Shown here: in pieces, positions 39,354 through 52,850 of the stretch
Position numbering within the stretch: the stretch's first letter is position 1
Layout of the letters: each line of letters opens with the position of its first letter
Origin: Neoconidiobolus thromboides FSU 785
Lineage: Eukaryota > Fungi > Entomophthoromycota
DNA: 56,225 nucleotides
Assembly (NCBI GenBank): GCA_025603075.1
Contig: MU626393.1
Location: 1-56,225 of the forward strand
Reading direction: 5' to 3'
Notes under the pieces: model-generated
The model's input: only the letters and a program-made list of their open reading frames with translations
Database searches by the model: none
What the model was told of the DNA's origin: nothing
Made by a program: the position numbers and the translations under genes

Positions 39354-41755
39354 TTATCGAAAATACATAAACTTAGGTATATTAAATGATTTACTACCAG
39401 CTTGTTGATTTGGTGCATTACCCTCATTAGAATTGCGTGAGGGAGGTGGGGTTTTACCACTTTTCTTAGGCTCCAAATTACTTCTTGAACTATCAATGGA
39501 ACTTTGTTGGGAATGTAAAGCTTGTTTCCAAGGGGCTTGGATTGAAGTAGGACTTGGGGTAGGTAGAGGAGAAGGTAAGCCATCTGCGCTAATTCTTCCA
39601 TGATCTCTTTTACTAGTTGGTAAACTAGCTGCTTTAAAACTCATACCACTTAGACAATTAATAAAATCGGCAGGTGTAGCAATATTAGTAGTACCAACAA
39701 AGATATCTCGATGTAAAGCTTTTGATATTTCATAAGCTGAACGTATTTCACTATAGGACATACCACCTGCCATAAATAATATAATGGGTCCTGCTTGTGC
39801 TTTTTTAGATGAATTTTTAGCAGTGGGGTTCGACTCATGTGCTTTCTTTTGCCAATTAGGTCGATTTACTCTTAACGATCTTATTGGATTTTTTATTTGT
39901 ATGGATTCTTCTTCTTTAACAAATGGAAATTCTTCAGGTGTAATTGTTTTTGATATTTGATCCAATATTACTTTTTTAAATTGAGGTGTATATCTTGATA
40001 ATGCATAAGGATTTTCATCCTCATCTTTTGGCTTAACATTCCTACGGAATGGGTTCACAAACCTTGAAGTTTCTTTTGGTTTAATCTAAAATAGTGAATT
40101 TATTATTATTGTTATTATTATTATTATTATTTATTTTACCAATGGTTTATTTGATAATAAATAACTAAAATTATTTAAGGACATTTTTTCCTCATCTGAT
40201 AAACCAGCATGAGTTTCTAATCTTCTACGGTCATAATCCGTTTGTTTTGAAGCTGTCAAAGTCAATAAAAGTCTTAGTTTCTTTTGACTACTAAGACTTG
40301 GATTAGTCAACAAAGGTGCTAAGTTAGCGATTATATTTTTAACAGGTTCACCTTCTGCAGTTAATCCAATGGATATATTTTGTTCTGTATCAATAGCTGG
40401 ATCTAAATTTTGATTTTTAATTAAATCCATACAACGAGCAGCAATATCCATATGAACCGAAAATCGTTTACTGATTTCTTGTAACTCAGGTACTGAAGAA
40501 ATTATATCCCTCATCTCTTGTAAAGAGGCATTATTACCTCCTTTTGCTCTTTTTAACATGTTTGCCGCTGCTGGATTTTCATTAACAGATGCTTTAAATT
40601 GCTTTACAAGTTCTTGTATACAATCGGCAATATGCATATGTCGTAATGAATTCCATACTGGATCAGATTCATCAAGTATAACTTCTTCTTCTACTTCAAT
40701 TCCTAAGCCATTAACATATTTATGACTAATAATTAGTTAACAACATCTCTCTCTATATTGTACACATAGTATTACCTGTATCTCTTTCCATCTTCTAAAC
40801 CAAGTAAATCAGCTACCATTGCTTGATAAGTAAGTTCATGTAAAATAGGAGCAAATGGATCAATTGATCTATCTGTTATTATTAATACAGCTCTACCTCT
40901 AGAAGACACATCTTTGGTCTAAAGTTATAAATAAATTAAATCATCAACAGCAAACTAAACTTACTGGAAACTCTGGATGTTTTGAAGTATAACTATCTAA
41001 TTCCGATTGTAATGCTAAAGCGATTGCTTGTGGATTATTTAAACCAGTTTCAATGGCTTGATATCGAATAACTGGATTTTCATTTAAACTTATACAAACG
41101 GAAGCTAACTTGAAACTTATTAATACAACTGGCTAGCTTAAAAATGTAGTTTACCTTTTCAGCAATCAATTGAATCTCAGCTCTACTTTTACTTGTTGAA
41201 GAGCAATATAAGTTCACAAATGAGTCTTCTTTTTTAAAATTAAAAACTTTTGACTCAAAAGGAAAGTAAGTAATATGGATCACTTTATACTTAAAAAAGT
41301 TTGAAGAAGCGGAAGAACTTAATAATTGAGTAATCTCCGAGCTTGGTTCGTTTAAAAAGAAAATTTTGGCTGATTTAAATTTAGGGGTTTTTACAGGAAA
41401 ATCTCTTATTATTAATTCTACATTACTTAAAGATGGTGTAACAAAATAAATGGCTACTTGAGTCGGTGCTGGATTCTTTTTGGTTGTTATAAGTTCAATG
41501 GCTATTAAGTTGGATTAATCAATTGATTTTTAAAGCTTCTTTTTGCTTTTACCTGTAACGTTTTCAGATAGTAAATCAAAATCTTGGCATGCTGAATGAA
41601 ATATGTTTTTAGCATATGGATCCATAATCACTATTTTCCATACATTGTTCCCAAACGCTTTGACAGTGCCAACAAACCCTTAAATTGATTTAACTTCATC
41701 TATTGATTATATAATAGTATTTACCTTCTCTTACTAACTCTATGAAGGAAGTCAT
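39354..41755 (-). CDS. SEC1: Sec1/Munc18 SM protein
   Basis: [111 protein letters not shown]. Confidence 0.95.
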
Positions 41756-42255
41756 AGTGATTCTAAATTATTTGCTATTAACTTAATAAAATAAAAATAA
41801 AATAAAATTGATGCTATTTTGAATTAAAGTTATTTCTAAACTTAAATTTCTTAAATTTTAAAAGTTCCTTGGCAGGCTTGGAAAGTGGGTGGCTCAAAAT
41901 TTGTTATAAAAATAAAAAAACCAAGTTTGTTAATTTAGTTTATAACTATTGTAGCATTTTATCTATTATTTAATAATGAATTGTCACATTACAATATTTA
42001 TTGAATTTTTGTAGTACCAAATTATAGGTTTAATAAAACTATTTTTGATATGATACAAATATAAATAATAAAATAAAAAACAAAAATTAAATCAAATATT
42101 AAAACGAATTTATAGCCAATAATTATAAAAGGCGAAGGGAAGAGAGCTTGAATTTAAGGGCCATAAATCAAAAGAATTAAATATTTAACAGAAATGGAAG
42201 CAAATGAATGAATATCAACTTAAACTTAAAGCTTCCCTTTTCTGAAAATTAAAAA

Positions 42256-43535
42256 TTATTGTGCATTAGAGCTACCTCTTCTTTCACCTCGACCATTATA
42301 ATAACCACCCCTACCTCTTCCTCTTCCACCACGAAAGTTACCACGATAATTATATCTTCCGCCTTGATTTCTTTGTACAAAAGTTTCTCCAAAAGTTTCT
42401 GTATTAGTAAAACGCTCTTGTTGAACCAAAGCTCTCCTATCCCTAATTTTATTAAGTATGAATTTAAAATGAAAAGAATCTTATCCTTACTTGCTATCTA
42501 ATCGGTCTTTAGCGTCGCATGAAATATTATCAAAAAAGGATGATTTTTTATTGTAAAAGTCTTTGGCATCAATATTGGAATTGTCTTGATCGGAATCAGT
42601 TTGACTTGACTTTCCGATTTGCGACTTACTAAACTGAGCGTTGAAAGCATCAAAATCAAAATCAGTTTTTGGAATAGTATTATTTCCATTGTTTTTGTTG
42701 TAATTTCCTTTATAAGGTTTACGATTCTGATTTTGGTTTTGATAATTGTTTTGGTGTTGATTATGTTGGTTTTGGTGTTGATTATGTTGGTTTTGATTAT
42801 GATATTGACTTTGGTTTTGATTTTGGTTGTATTCTAAAAATATTTAATAAATATTTTAATACAAAAAGCAAGGAATATTTACTTTGATAGTGTGGTTTGG
42901 TATTAGCTTGTTCGCTAGGTGCTGAAGGGTCTACAAAAGTGGGAGCTGAAAGCTCAGCTTTTTCTTCAGCTACTTTTTGAACTGGAATCTAAATTAATAA
43001 ATTAATATTAGTAGTTTTAAAATATAAAGATTATTACAGATTCAGGTTGGGGGATCGCATTATATTGATTAGGTTTATTATTTTGCTGAATAGACTCATA
43101 ACTAAAAGTTGATTGAGGCTTAGCATCAAATAATGACTAAATAAGATTTAATTTGGTTTAATTTCATAATAATTTTAAAATTTCTTACATAACCAAAATT
43201 AAGATCGTTTACTTTCTTTTTAGCAGCCTCGATATAAGCTGGATCTTCTCTTGAAAAATAGAAAATTTCATCAGATGGAAAAACCATGAACACTACTTCA
43301 TTCAAATCTGGTTGAATTTCATGGGCACCACCTCCTAATCTCCCTTCTGAGCCTAAATGAAATACTACAACACATCATCAGTACCACGATTTTCCAAATT
43401 ATTTATAAATTTACCATTTCCTAAACTGATTGTTCTTAAACTAGCGTCAATCTTGATCAAATTTCCCACATATTTCAAACCATTCTTTTTATTAATGAAG
43501 GAGTATAGTTCTCCTATAGCTACGCGGTTGGCCAT
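42256..43535 (-). CDS. SCD6: Scd6/LSM14 (RAP55) decapping activator
   Basis: N-terminal LSm14-like IGELYSFINKKNGLKYVGNLIKID...GSEGR; N/Q/H-rich linker with a 21-bp tandem repeat; DFDF, FFD and TFG boxes; RGG tail. Confidence 0.88.
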
Positions 43536-44132
43536 GTTGCTTAACTACCAATATCCTCCTCGTTAAAGCAGTGTACTACTGCTTACAATTTATCAATGGT
43601 TGCTTGCGCTTAGCAGAAGTTTGTCGTTGATCCTGGCTTTTTGCATCCATCATCATTTTTCCTTAGCTTGCTTTTGTCATCATCAAATCTTAGCTGAAAC
43701 GCAACCACTGAAATCATTTTGAATGTGGTCACGTAAGGGGAATTGATTGGTTGTATTTTTAGGCTAGCGTTTTAATTGGATTGTTTTTTAAGGATTTTGT
43801 TAGAGCGATGATTTTTTTAGTAATGCTTTTTTATCGAACTTATGTTATTTTAGCAAAATCCCTTATTTCCAATTAAAAACGAATGAATATTTATATAATA
43901 CGACATGAGCAGCATTTAAATAGTAATTTAAATATATTTATTTTGACTTTATTAAAATGATTTTTGAAGAAATATTTGTACAGCTTTTTTTATTTAAAAA
44001 TTCATGTAATAAATTTTTCAAGCTTAAATATAAAAACAAGTTTTTTCGCTTCCTTATTGTCCGTTTTTTATAGCATAAAATACAAAAGAATATTAGTTTA
44101 ATAAAACTTGCTATGATTTTCAATTTCAAATT

Positions 44133-44232
44133 ATTTGTGGATGCATTTTTTAAGAATTTTATCAACAATCTTTCCACTTAAATAGCGCTTAAAAGATAGA
44201 AAAAGTATGAAACCAAAAACATTACCCTTTAT
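44133..44232 (-). mobile_element. MITE copy (reverse, decayed)
   Basis: GTGGATG...TTTCCACTTAAATAGCGCTTAAAA...ATTACCC. Confidence 0.75.
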
Positions 44233-44419
44233 TCATGTATCTCTTACATTAGTATAAACATAGTATTCATTTAAATGGTGTTGGAAAACAGTTCTTATAC
44301 ACTAATATAATCTTAAACAACATCCATGGTATTAGTTTAAAGTCTTATAGAACATGTTTGGTATAGTATAAACCTATAATTTATGGTAAATTATCTAGTA
44401 ATCAAAAAATGAACATTGA

Positions 44420-44525
44420 ATATGGAGATGTTTTTTTTGATTCCATTACTTTTCCATTTTTTAAGCGCTATTTGAGTGGAAAGGTTGTTAATAAAATTTT
44501 TAAATGAAAAAATACACCCCTACAT
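44420..44525 (+). mobile_element. MITE copy
   Basis: atat-GGAGATG...CACCCCT-acat. Confidence 0.85.
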
Positions 44526-45335
44526 ATTAATGTTTATAAAAGATTTCTTTATCATTTTATCTACTACTTGTTTAATGATATACTAAATAATTAGTTGTAT
44601 CTTATTTAAATCAATGTTTTTGTTTTTTTGTTAATTAGTTTATTAAAACTTAAGCTGTGATAGTTACCTCGAAAATGTTGATGATATTTACAAAAACTGA
44701 TATTTGTACACATCAAGGATAATTAAAATGCTAAAGCTGACAAAATATTCAATGCAATAAACTTTAACAATCTTTTACCCTAGTCAAAATCTTCAAATCA
44801 TTTAGTAAGCTTCTTATATTGTAAATAAATAATCCATTAGTATTGAATGATAATAACATCTATTAAGCTAATTTAAGCAATAGTAATTAAAACTGAAATA
44901 CAAGTTATTTATTCAGAGGTTCGTATTCTGTTAATTAAAAGCCAATTTTAGTATTATTATAATAAATGACAGTTTATAAAAATTAATATAAAATGCAAGT
45001 ATCTTTTATGATTTAAAGACAAAAGTATGAAGGTGTTGATTGTTATCTTTAATCAAAACTAGTTTATAAATTAAATAATACTGATCAAAACCCAATTTTA
45101 GATAAAACATTGAACAGTTTATAATATATTTACTTATAAAATAATAGGTTATAACCTCTTGACTAAATTAAATATAGCATTAGCCCTATTTTATAAATGC
45201 GCTGTTTGATAATGTTATTTGAAAATGAAAGTTCAAAGTTAAAACAAAAAGTAGTGTATAATAATTCAATTCTATTTAAAGGACAATACAATAGGGTAAT
45301 AAAATAAAAAAGCGGATAAATGTGGACATAAACAC

Positions 45336-48096
45336 TTATTTATAAGAATATGAACTAACCTGTTGTTTACGATTTTTCTTCTTAAAGTTTTTAGGTATGT
45401 TATTATCTTCAGTTGAATCCAAATCAATTATATCTTTTGGTTCACTCTTAGCGGCCTTCTTCACTGCTTTAGATGCTTTCGTAGTAAACAGAGCATTAAT
45501 TTCTCCACTGTGTTGCGAATAATCAAAGCCAGTATTCTGATTCTCCTCAGTACTGATTTCTGTCTTATTTTGATTCTTACCCTTTCTCCTAACATCAATA
45601 TGGGTGTTTTTTAAAGCATCTTCAATGCTATGGGGCTTAATACCAAAGTTAGATTTACCCGATAATACTTTGATTTGATCTTTTAACTTTGGATTGAATT
45701 TATGTAATTCAGGAGCTTCATTTCCTTTCATTGGTATACTACTTTCATTTTCAATGTCTTCTATTTGGGCCTATTGAAGTTAGTTACTACTTTTAAAATT
45801 GTTATTACAATTCAAACTTACCTCAATTTCTACTGATGGTGGCAATACATTATAGCTTAAGTTGGCTTTGATCTGATCAATTAAAGCTAACCCAACTTCA
45901 GTTATTTGTTCATCATACTCAAGGCTTCTATCTTTAGCCTAAAAAGTTTATATTAAGAACAAAAACAAAACAAGTAAATAATATTTACAAAGAAAGATCC
46001 TCCAAAAAACTTTGAGTCGTCATCCAAATCAAATACTGTCTTCACTTTTGCTTTACATAACTCTTTAATAGTCTTTCCTTTCAAGCTCTTTGCAATCGGA
46101 AGCTCAACTTTAGCTAACAAGTTAGGATCCTCTTCTTCTTTTTCTTTAATTACTTGTCCACGATCAATCTTAGTTGATGGTACAAAGGAGGAGGGAATGG
46201 CTTCAGAAGAATTCGAAGCGGCTGTAATAAGAATGGCAAGATCAGAAGCATACATTCTTATAGCTGGTGGTATAGGATTGGTACAGGCTAAAACTTCTGC
46301 AGAATCCTTAGGGAGTTTAAGTGCTAAAGCATAAAGCATATGACCTGGTAAGATATATCTAGGCGACTCATCTTGTTCCCTTGCCAAATGATCACGCCAA
46401 GCATGAAGTTGTTTAAAAGCTTCGGTTTGGGCAAAATTAATAGGTACAATCCATTTTTCTAATTGTTTTGCCCAACTACCTGGGTTAAGGCCGTGCTCCA
46501 TATCGTAAGGATAAGTCATAAATCTTTGTAAACAAACCTGTTGTGAGTTTGTTAATGTATGGAATAATAAGTTTAATGAAACTGCATTAGACTCTTGAAT
46601 TAATTCATTTTTCATAGTTTCATAAATGTAAATTAAAAAATGAGTGTCGGATTTGGCATAGTCTAACATTGGTTTTGGAAGCGGCCTTACTCGCCAATCC
46701 GCTAATTGGAATGCTTTATTTGCGTCAAAGTTTACATACTTTTTAAGTAAATAAGCTAGCGACTTTTTTTCCAATTGCAAAGCACATGAAGCATGATAAG
46801 TATCAAACATATTGACAACATAAATACCAAAATCCCTTTGTAACCAAATAATATCTTGGTCAGCACCATGGAATACCTGTCAAGATTAATTAAAAATATA
46901 AATTAAACAATAGGTCTATTACTTTGACAATATTAGGATTAGCAAATATTCTATTAAGCTCAAATAGCTCTTTTCTTAATTCTAAAGTGTCAATGATGTA
47001 GTCACAATCGCTTGTTGATAATTGCATTAAACAAACAAAACCATGGTAACTACGATAATCATGATGCTCAAGATCCACTGCAATTGTTTGTTCTTTTTCT
47101 AACTCTTTAATTAATTCTTCAAGCTCACTTTGTTCTTTTATAACTTTATATTTGGTTTCTTGTAATGACTTTGGCATAGTTGGTTCTGAGGGTTTGGTCA
47201 TATGCTCTGGGTAAGAGATGTTGTTGATTTCAAATTCATAAGGGTTAGGAAGGCTAATAGAAATAATTATAAAAGATAAAATAAAATCGAGTTAAATCTT
47301 ACTTTGAAGCTGAAGTATAATCAATATCAACACTTTTTTTCCCTTTACAAAGTTCAAGTTCAGCTAAAAATGATTAATGACTTAAATACAAATATATATA
47401 AAAATACTTTTAGTTAATGGTTTCATGGCATGATACTTGATACCAAGTCTATACACTAAGGATACAAATTGGGCGTATTGGTCGGTAGATAGTTTTTCGT
47501 TGAATTTAGTTTGTGGCCTTGTAACATTTTTGCCAACAAGTAAGGAAAAGGAATCTTGATTTTTATTTTCTATATTGCCTAAATTTGCCTTTAATAGTTG
47601 AAAAAAATAAAATTAGTTATAGTCTTTAAGTTCATAATTGGATTACCTTATCAACATTGGTAATGTATGATACTTCACTGTTATCACCATTCTTTTCACC
47701 CTGTAACTTGGCCTTTTTTGATTTTTTCAGGCTATCAAGTTCTGTATTCTAAATTATTTAATCAACAAATACTAATAATGATAGTAATAAAAATACCACT
47801 CTATCATAGCTATTATCAAGAACTTCTACAATCTTTTCAAAGTTGGAAACATAGAGATCTTCTTCATTTAAACTTTTGATGTTGCTCAACCCTTGGTTGA
47901 CTAATAATCTATTACTAATCTGTAATAATCTGTTAACATTCTGGTATAACCTTAGGCCCAGGCCTTCTGGGTCCAATTGTAGACCAAAAAGTACATTGGG
48001 GTCATTGAAGTTGGCACTGCTTTGTGCTACTGATTTTACTGTACTATATAACGCTTTTGTTCTTTCCAAATACTCTTGATTATTTTCTGGCTCCAT
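45336..48096 (-). CDS. RRP6: Nuclear exosome 3'-5' exonuclease Rrp6/EXOSC10
   Basis: IAVDLEHHDYRSYHGFVCLMQLST, VFHGADQDIIWLQRDFG, MFDTYHAS, LADWRVRPLP, YAKSDTH; HRDC domain WRDHLAREQDESPRYILP. Confidence 0.96.
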
Positions 48097-48517
48097 TTTT
48101 TAAGCAAAAAATTCACAAAGAAGTTTAAAATCTATCAAAATTTAATCTTACAATTTCATATTGCAATTTTCCGAATTTATTTTTTAAACTTGAAAATGGG
48201 TACTGAATTAAATACATAAATTTATTAGGTAATAAAATTTAATAAATAGCAATGATAATTCATAATAATTTAATAGCTTCCACTCTTTGTAACTATCCAA
48301 GAAGTTAATGGCGAAGATGCAGGAAATGAGTTGGATTATCTAATAGGTAGTTTAGGAATTAATATTAATTTTGATCTAAAATCTAGAGTAAACTGAAATC
48401 AGAATAACTGATTTGGGTCATATGGGAATAGGAAATCACATTCGGTGGGCAAATTCCAGAAGATGTAAGCCTTGGAAAAAGGTAGGTTTGTTTAAGGACT
48501 GAAAAGTTTGAAAAAGT

Positions 48518-48620
48518 AATTGAGGGTGTTTTTTGACTTTATCACTTTTTCCATTCTTCGAGCACTATTTGAACGGAAAATCTGTTAGTAAAATTCTTAA
48601 ACAAAAATATGTCCCCATTT
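48518..48620 (+). mobile_element. MITE copy
   Basis: aatt-GAGGGTG...GTCCCC-attt. Confidence 0.8.
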
Positions 48621-49543
48621 GTTGATTTAAATATATTAAAAATAGTATCAAGAAAGATAGTATTATGAAAGATAAATATAAAAACAGAACATAAGAGCAA
48701 ACCAAAGCCAAGTCGAAAATCGAATAAGAAAACCTGAGGGAACTAATAAGTCGAAAAGGACAAAAGAAGGGAAAAATAAAAGAAAAAGAGAAAGCATTGG
48801 CTGATTACTTGAAGAATCCACCACATAACTTAAAATTTTAAGGGTTTAATGTATTTTCTAAAAATCTTAGTGTATAATTTTTTTCGGTGAAAGTTTAAGT
48901 AAAATTGAATGGTTTATCAAAAAGAAGTATTCTTTTATATATATAACTAGGTAACTATTATTCACTATTGTTTTATTATCTAAATTATTGCCTAGGCTAT
49001 TTTTCATCATACGAATGATTAACAAGTTTGACGAAGCAAATGACTATATGAATAATGCTAACATATCTATGCTACTTAATTTTAGTTCATAAATATATAA
49101 AGTTAAATTAATGTTTATTTTTTTATTAGCTGGGGACAAATAAACCCAGTGCTATTGATGTAGTGGTTAATAAGTTCTCCAACTCAAGCATTTATATTTT
49201 GAAAGGGGATGAAAATTATGCTTCTTTTAACAGAAAGTCAGATCCTTTTTTATAAATTAATTTGCTAGAACAACTACAATCCTCACGAATAGCTATTGAA
49301 TAGTTTTATAAACATTATTAATGATTTCAATCCGAGTTCAGAGGCAGTGAATTATCTCCAATCTCAACTTATTGAAGGAATAAAAACGGCATTACTCGGA
49401 CCTAGTATAGTAAAAGTAAAAATAAGGTAATTTTGTTACTATCTTTATTAAGCAAGTATTAATTAAACATTAAAGTCTAGGGAAACATTGTTTTAAAGCC
49501 CTCTATCAAGAAAAAACTCGGCCAAGAGAAAAAGTAAACAGCT

Positions 49544-49645
49544 ATATAGGGATGTTTTTTCTGATTTCATCGCTTTTGCTATTTTTAAGCACTGCTTAAG
49601 CAGAAAGATTGTTAGTAAAATTCTTAAAAGAATACACCCCTATAT
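49544..49645 (+). mobile_element. MITE copy with AGGG/CCCT ends
   Basis: atat-AGGGATG...CACCCCT-atat. Confidence 0.82.
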
Positions 49646-50085
49646 GGAGTCCAATTCATAACCAAAGTTTACTAAAAAGTAAGTTATCGGTATTAAAAGC
49701 AATCAATCATGTTTTAGTTAATTTTTTAATAGGATATTATTTAAATATTCTAATTATTTCAAAATTCTATTGAGCATATAGTGATTCGGGTGGTATTTGC
49801 TCAGCCTCTGAAAAGGAAATTATTATTTAGTTACAATCAAGTGTAAATTATCTTCAAGTGAAAGCGTCAGAGTTAAAGTAGCTGAAAATAATCGCCCTTT
49901 AGTTACATATATATTATCAAGGATCCTCATTTACTTGATCAGGTATTTGTTTTCCTGAGTAGTATTTTCAATCCTTAATTGATTATATGCATAATTTAAT
50001 ATATTAGAGAATTTGACTGCCAAGAAACTTTTTACACTACTTATGATATAATTAAAGTCATTGAGCAAAATGTAATGACAAATAG

Positions 50086-50183
50086 TTATGGGGACGATGT
50101 ATTTTAAGAATTACTAACAAATTTTTGGCTCAAATAGCACTTAAAAGATTGAAAAATAATGAAGCTATAAAACACCCTCATAT
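50086..50183 (-). mobile_element. MITE copy (reverse)
   Basis: ttat-GGGGACG...TCAAATAGCACTTAAAA...CACCCTC-atat. Confidence 0.78.
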
Positions 50184-51026
50184 ATTTGATTATATTATAT
50201 CATGTTAGATGATGTTATATTAATAGTTATGTGATACCATAGTCATAGTCATGTCGGTATTTTTTAAATTACCTGCCATCAAATTAAAGTTATTTGAATT
50301 AATAATCTATTTAGTTGTGTTTTATTTTATCACTTTAAAATTTCTAATGCTTTCATATTTTGGTTGATTTAAAATTCAACTTACTTTTCAGCTTGACTCT
50401 TGTTTGTAAAATTGATTTACTTTAATATTAATTTAAGATAAAGCAGCAGAACCTGTAACATTGTGATTCAGCATATAAAATATAAGCTAAAGTTGACACA
50501 TTATTCTGCTTTACTTTTTAACGTAAATCAAACCTGCAAGTGGTGCGATTCTTTTAAGATTTCTATAGTAGTAATTTTTATAATCAAATTATTCATGTAG
50601 CCAATTTTCTTAACACCTAACCCTTATATTTCAGCCTAATTTTGATATAATTCATCTTAAATGAATGACTAATTGGGTCGCAAAAGAGTTGTAATAGCTG
50701 TAAATTAAATCGGTAATTCAAAATTAGCCAGAAGTTAAAAGAGAGCTTTAGTGACTTAACTATCATCTAAATTAAATTACATTTATTATTTTATGACAAA
50801 CGAATTTCGATCCAAGCTAAAATGGGGTAGAATAATCTAAAATCGAAGAAATTAAGCAATATTTTTATGATCTAATTTACAGTTTCAATATCAGATTAAA
50901 CAAAAATGAGCAATTTAGTTGAAGATTAAACATTGTTAGAACCAGAATAATTTTCAAAAAAAAGTATAAAAGGAGATTAAAATCCATCAAATTAATTTAA
51001 AATTTAAAATTTAAACTTTAATAACA

Positions 51027-51530
51027 ATGATTCAAAATAGTCTTTTATTTAATACCGCTGTACCTTTAGTTGTTGGCTTTGCAAGTGCTTGGGATACCAG
51101 AGAAGCAGTACGTTCTGCTTGGTATCAAAAAGTTAAAAAGCCAAGCTTTAATCCACCACGTTATGTGTTTGCTCCTATTTGGACCTATTTGTATATATCC
51201 ACAGGTTATGCCTTATACCTTGTATGTAATGCGACCAACTTATCACCTGAATTAACAACTATAAGTAGTTGGGGTATTTATGCTTTTTGGACTCAATTTT
51301 TAGCCAACTTGCTATGGAGTAAGTTGTACTTTGTTCAAAGAGAGATCAATTTAGCTTTAGCTGATATTACCTTACTTTGGGGTCTTTCTATAGCTACTTG
51401 TATCTCCTTTTTTATGGTTAATCCCCTTGCTGGTGGCTTAATGCTTCCATATATTGTTTGGGCTACTTATGCGCTCGCTTTAACTTATGCAGTTAAACAA
51501 CTTAACCCTGATTTTAAAAATCCAAAATAA
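51027..51530 (+). CDS. TSPO: TspO/MBR translocator protein, intronless
   Basis: WYQKVKKPSFNPPRYVFAPIWTYLY, FWTQFLANLLWS.LYF, LAGGLMLPYIVWATYALAL. Confidence 0.95.
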   Translation: MIQNSLLFNTAVPLVVGFASAWDTREAVRSAWYQKVKKPSFNPPRYVFAPIWTYLYISTGYALYLVCNATNLSPELTTISSWGIYAFWTQFLANLLWSKLYFVQREINLALADITLLWGLSIATCISFFMVNPLAGGLMLPYIVWATYALALTYAVKQLNPDFKNPK

Positions 51531-51855
51531 GTATCTTATTTAAACTAATTCAATAATAAAGTTAATATATCTATTTAAATTTATTGGTCGTTGTGTAAGT
51601 TTACTAACAATATAATTTTGTTATCAGTATTAGAATAACTAAAAATGGTATAACTTTTAGTTAGCTGTAATGCTAATTTTTTAAGCAATGTGCATTAACA
51701 ACAGTTTAAACTTTTAGTATTATAGATAGATCTCATGTAAGCTAGTAGCTTTTAATACTTTTTCTTATTGAATTTAATATAATAAACATTGTGAAATAAG
51801 TCAATTTGAAAGCAAAACTAGACTTTATGAAAGCTAATATTAAACTTAAATAAGC

Positions 51856-51962
51856 ATGTGGGGATGTGTTTTTTTGTTTAAGAATTTTACTAGTAAATCT
51901 TTCTACCTAAATAGCACTTAAAAAATGGAAAAAGTAATGAAATAAAAAACACGCTCCTATAT
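51856..51962 (-). mobile_element. MITE copy (reverse)
   Basis: atgt-GGGGATG...CTAAATAGCACTTAAAA...CTCCT-atat. Confidence 0.82.
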
Positions 51963-52744
51963 AGCATGGTTTAATAGATAATTTTTTCTCTTTTTTTGAA
52001 TATAAACTTTAAAAACCTTTTTTCAAAATTGGCCCTCCCGGAAGAGCTTTAAAGCTATTTCATTACTATGTCGTTTAACACTCAAAAAAGTACCAAATTA
52101 TACATGTACAATAAATCTGAAAAACATTTTTGCCAGTATTTTTTAAATGTTTTTTTATGTAATAAAGTTTAGTATGATTAATAAATATACTTTTGCATCT
52201 TTATTGTAAAAAATCACTGCTTTTTTGCCCTTAGAAATGTTTTAGATAGTTTTTTACATATTACACTTTATATATTAAAAAGAACTAATAAACTTCTGTC
52301 AAGTAATTAGAAAGTTATTGAATTATTATAAATAAAAAAAGTAAACAGTTAGAATTTTTAATCGAAATTGTTCTATACTTTGTTTATTTTTGCTCCAATA
52401 TATTTTCTGAAAATTTGAGCAATTTGTTCAAACTTTTTAAGATAAATGTGATAGATCAAAAATATTATAACTTTTGATGTATCAGTAAGTTAAAAAAGCC
52501 CACTTAGAAAATAGATAAAAAACCGGAATCAAAAAATTTTACTTTTATTTATGTATCATAGAATTTTATAGAAATATTAACTAGATTTGAAAAATGGCAT
52601 GGTAGTAAACTCTAAAATTGAGTCAAAGCTATAATCTTTCTAGCATTTTTGATTAAGTTACAATTTTTGCTGAACTCAAACCAGAAAAAAGGAACTTTGT
52701 TCAAGCTAATCCCATATATTAAACCCATAAGAAATTTCTTTAAT

Positions 52745-52850
52745 AGATGTGGATGTATCCTTTTGTTTAAGAATTTTATTAATAATTTTTCCACTCAAAT
52801 AGCACTTAAAATATGGAAAAAGCAATGAAGCCAAAAAAACACTCCCGTAC
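52745..52850 (-). mobile_element. MITE copy (reverse)
   Basis: GTGGATG...TTTCCACTCAAATAGCACTTAAAA...CACTCCC. Confidence 0.8.

Noticed and set aside
43560-43665. Upstream exon MMMDAKSQDQRQ... with a GTAAGC donor as an N-terminal extension of SCD6
   Set aside because: Both plausible acceptors put it out of frame with ATG 43535. At most a 5'UTR intron or uORF; unsupported without RNA data.
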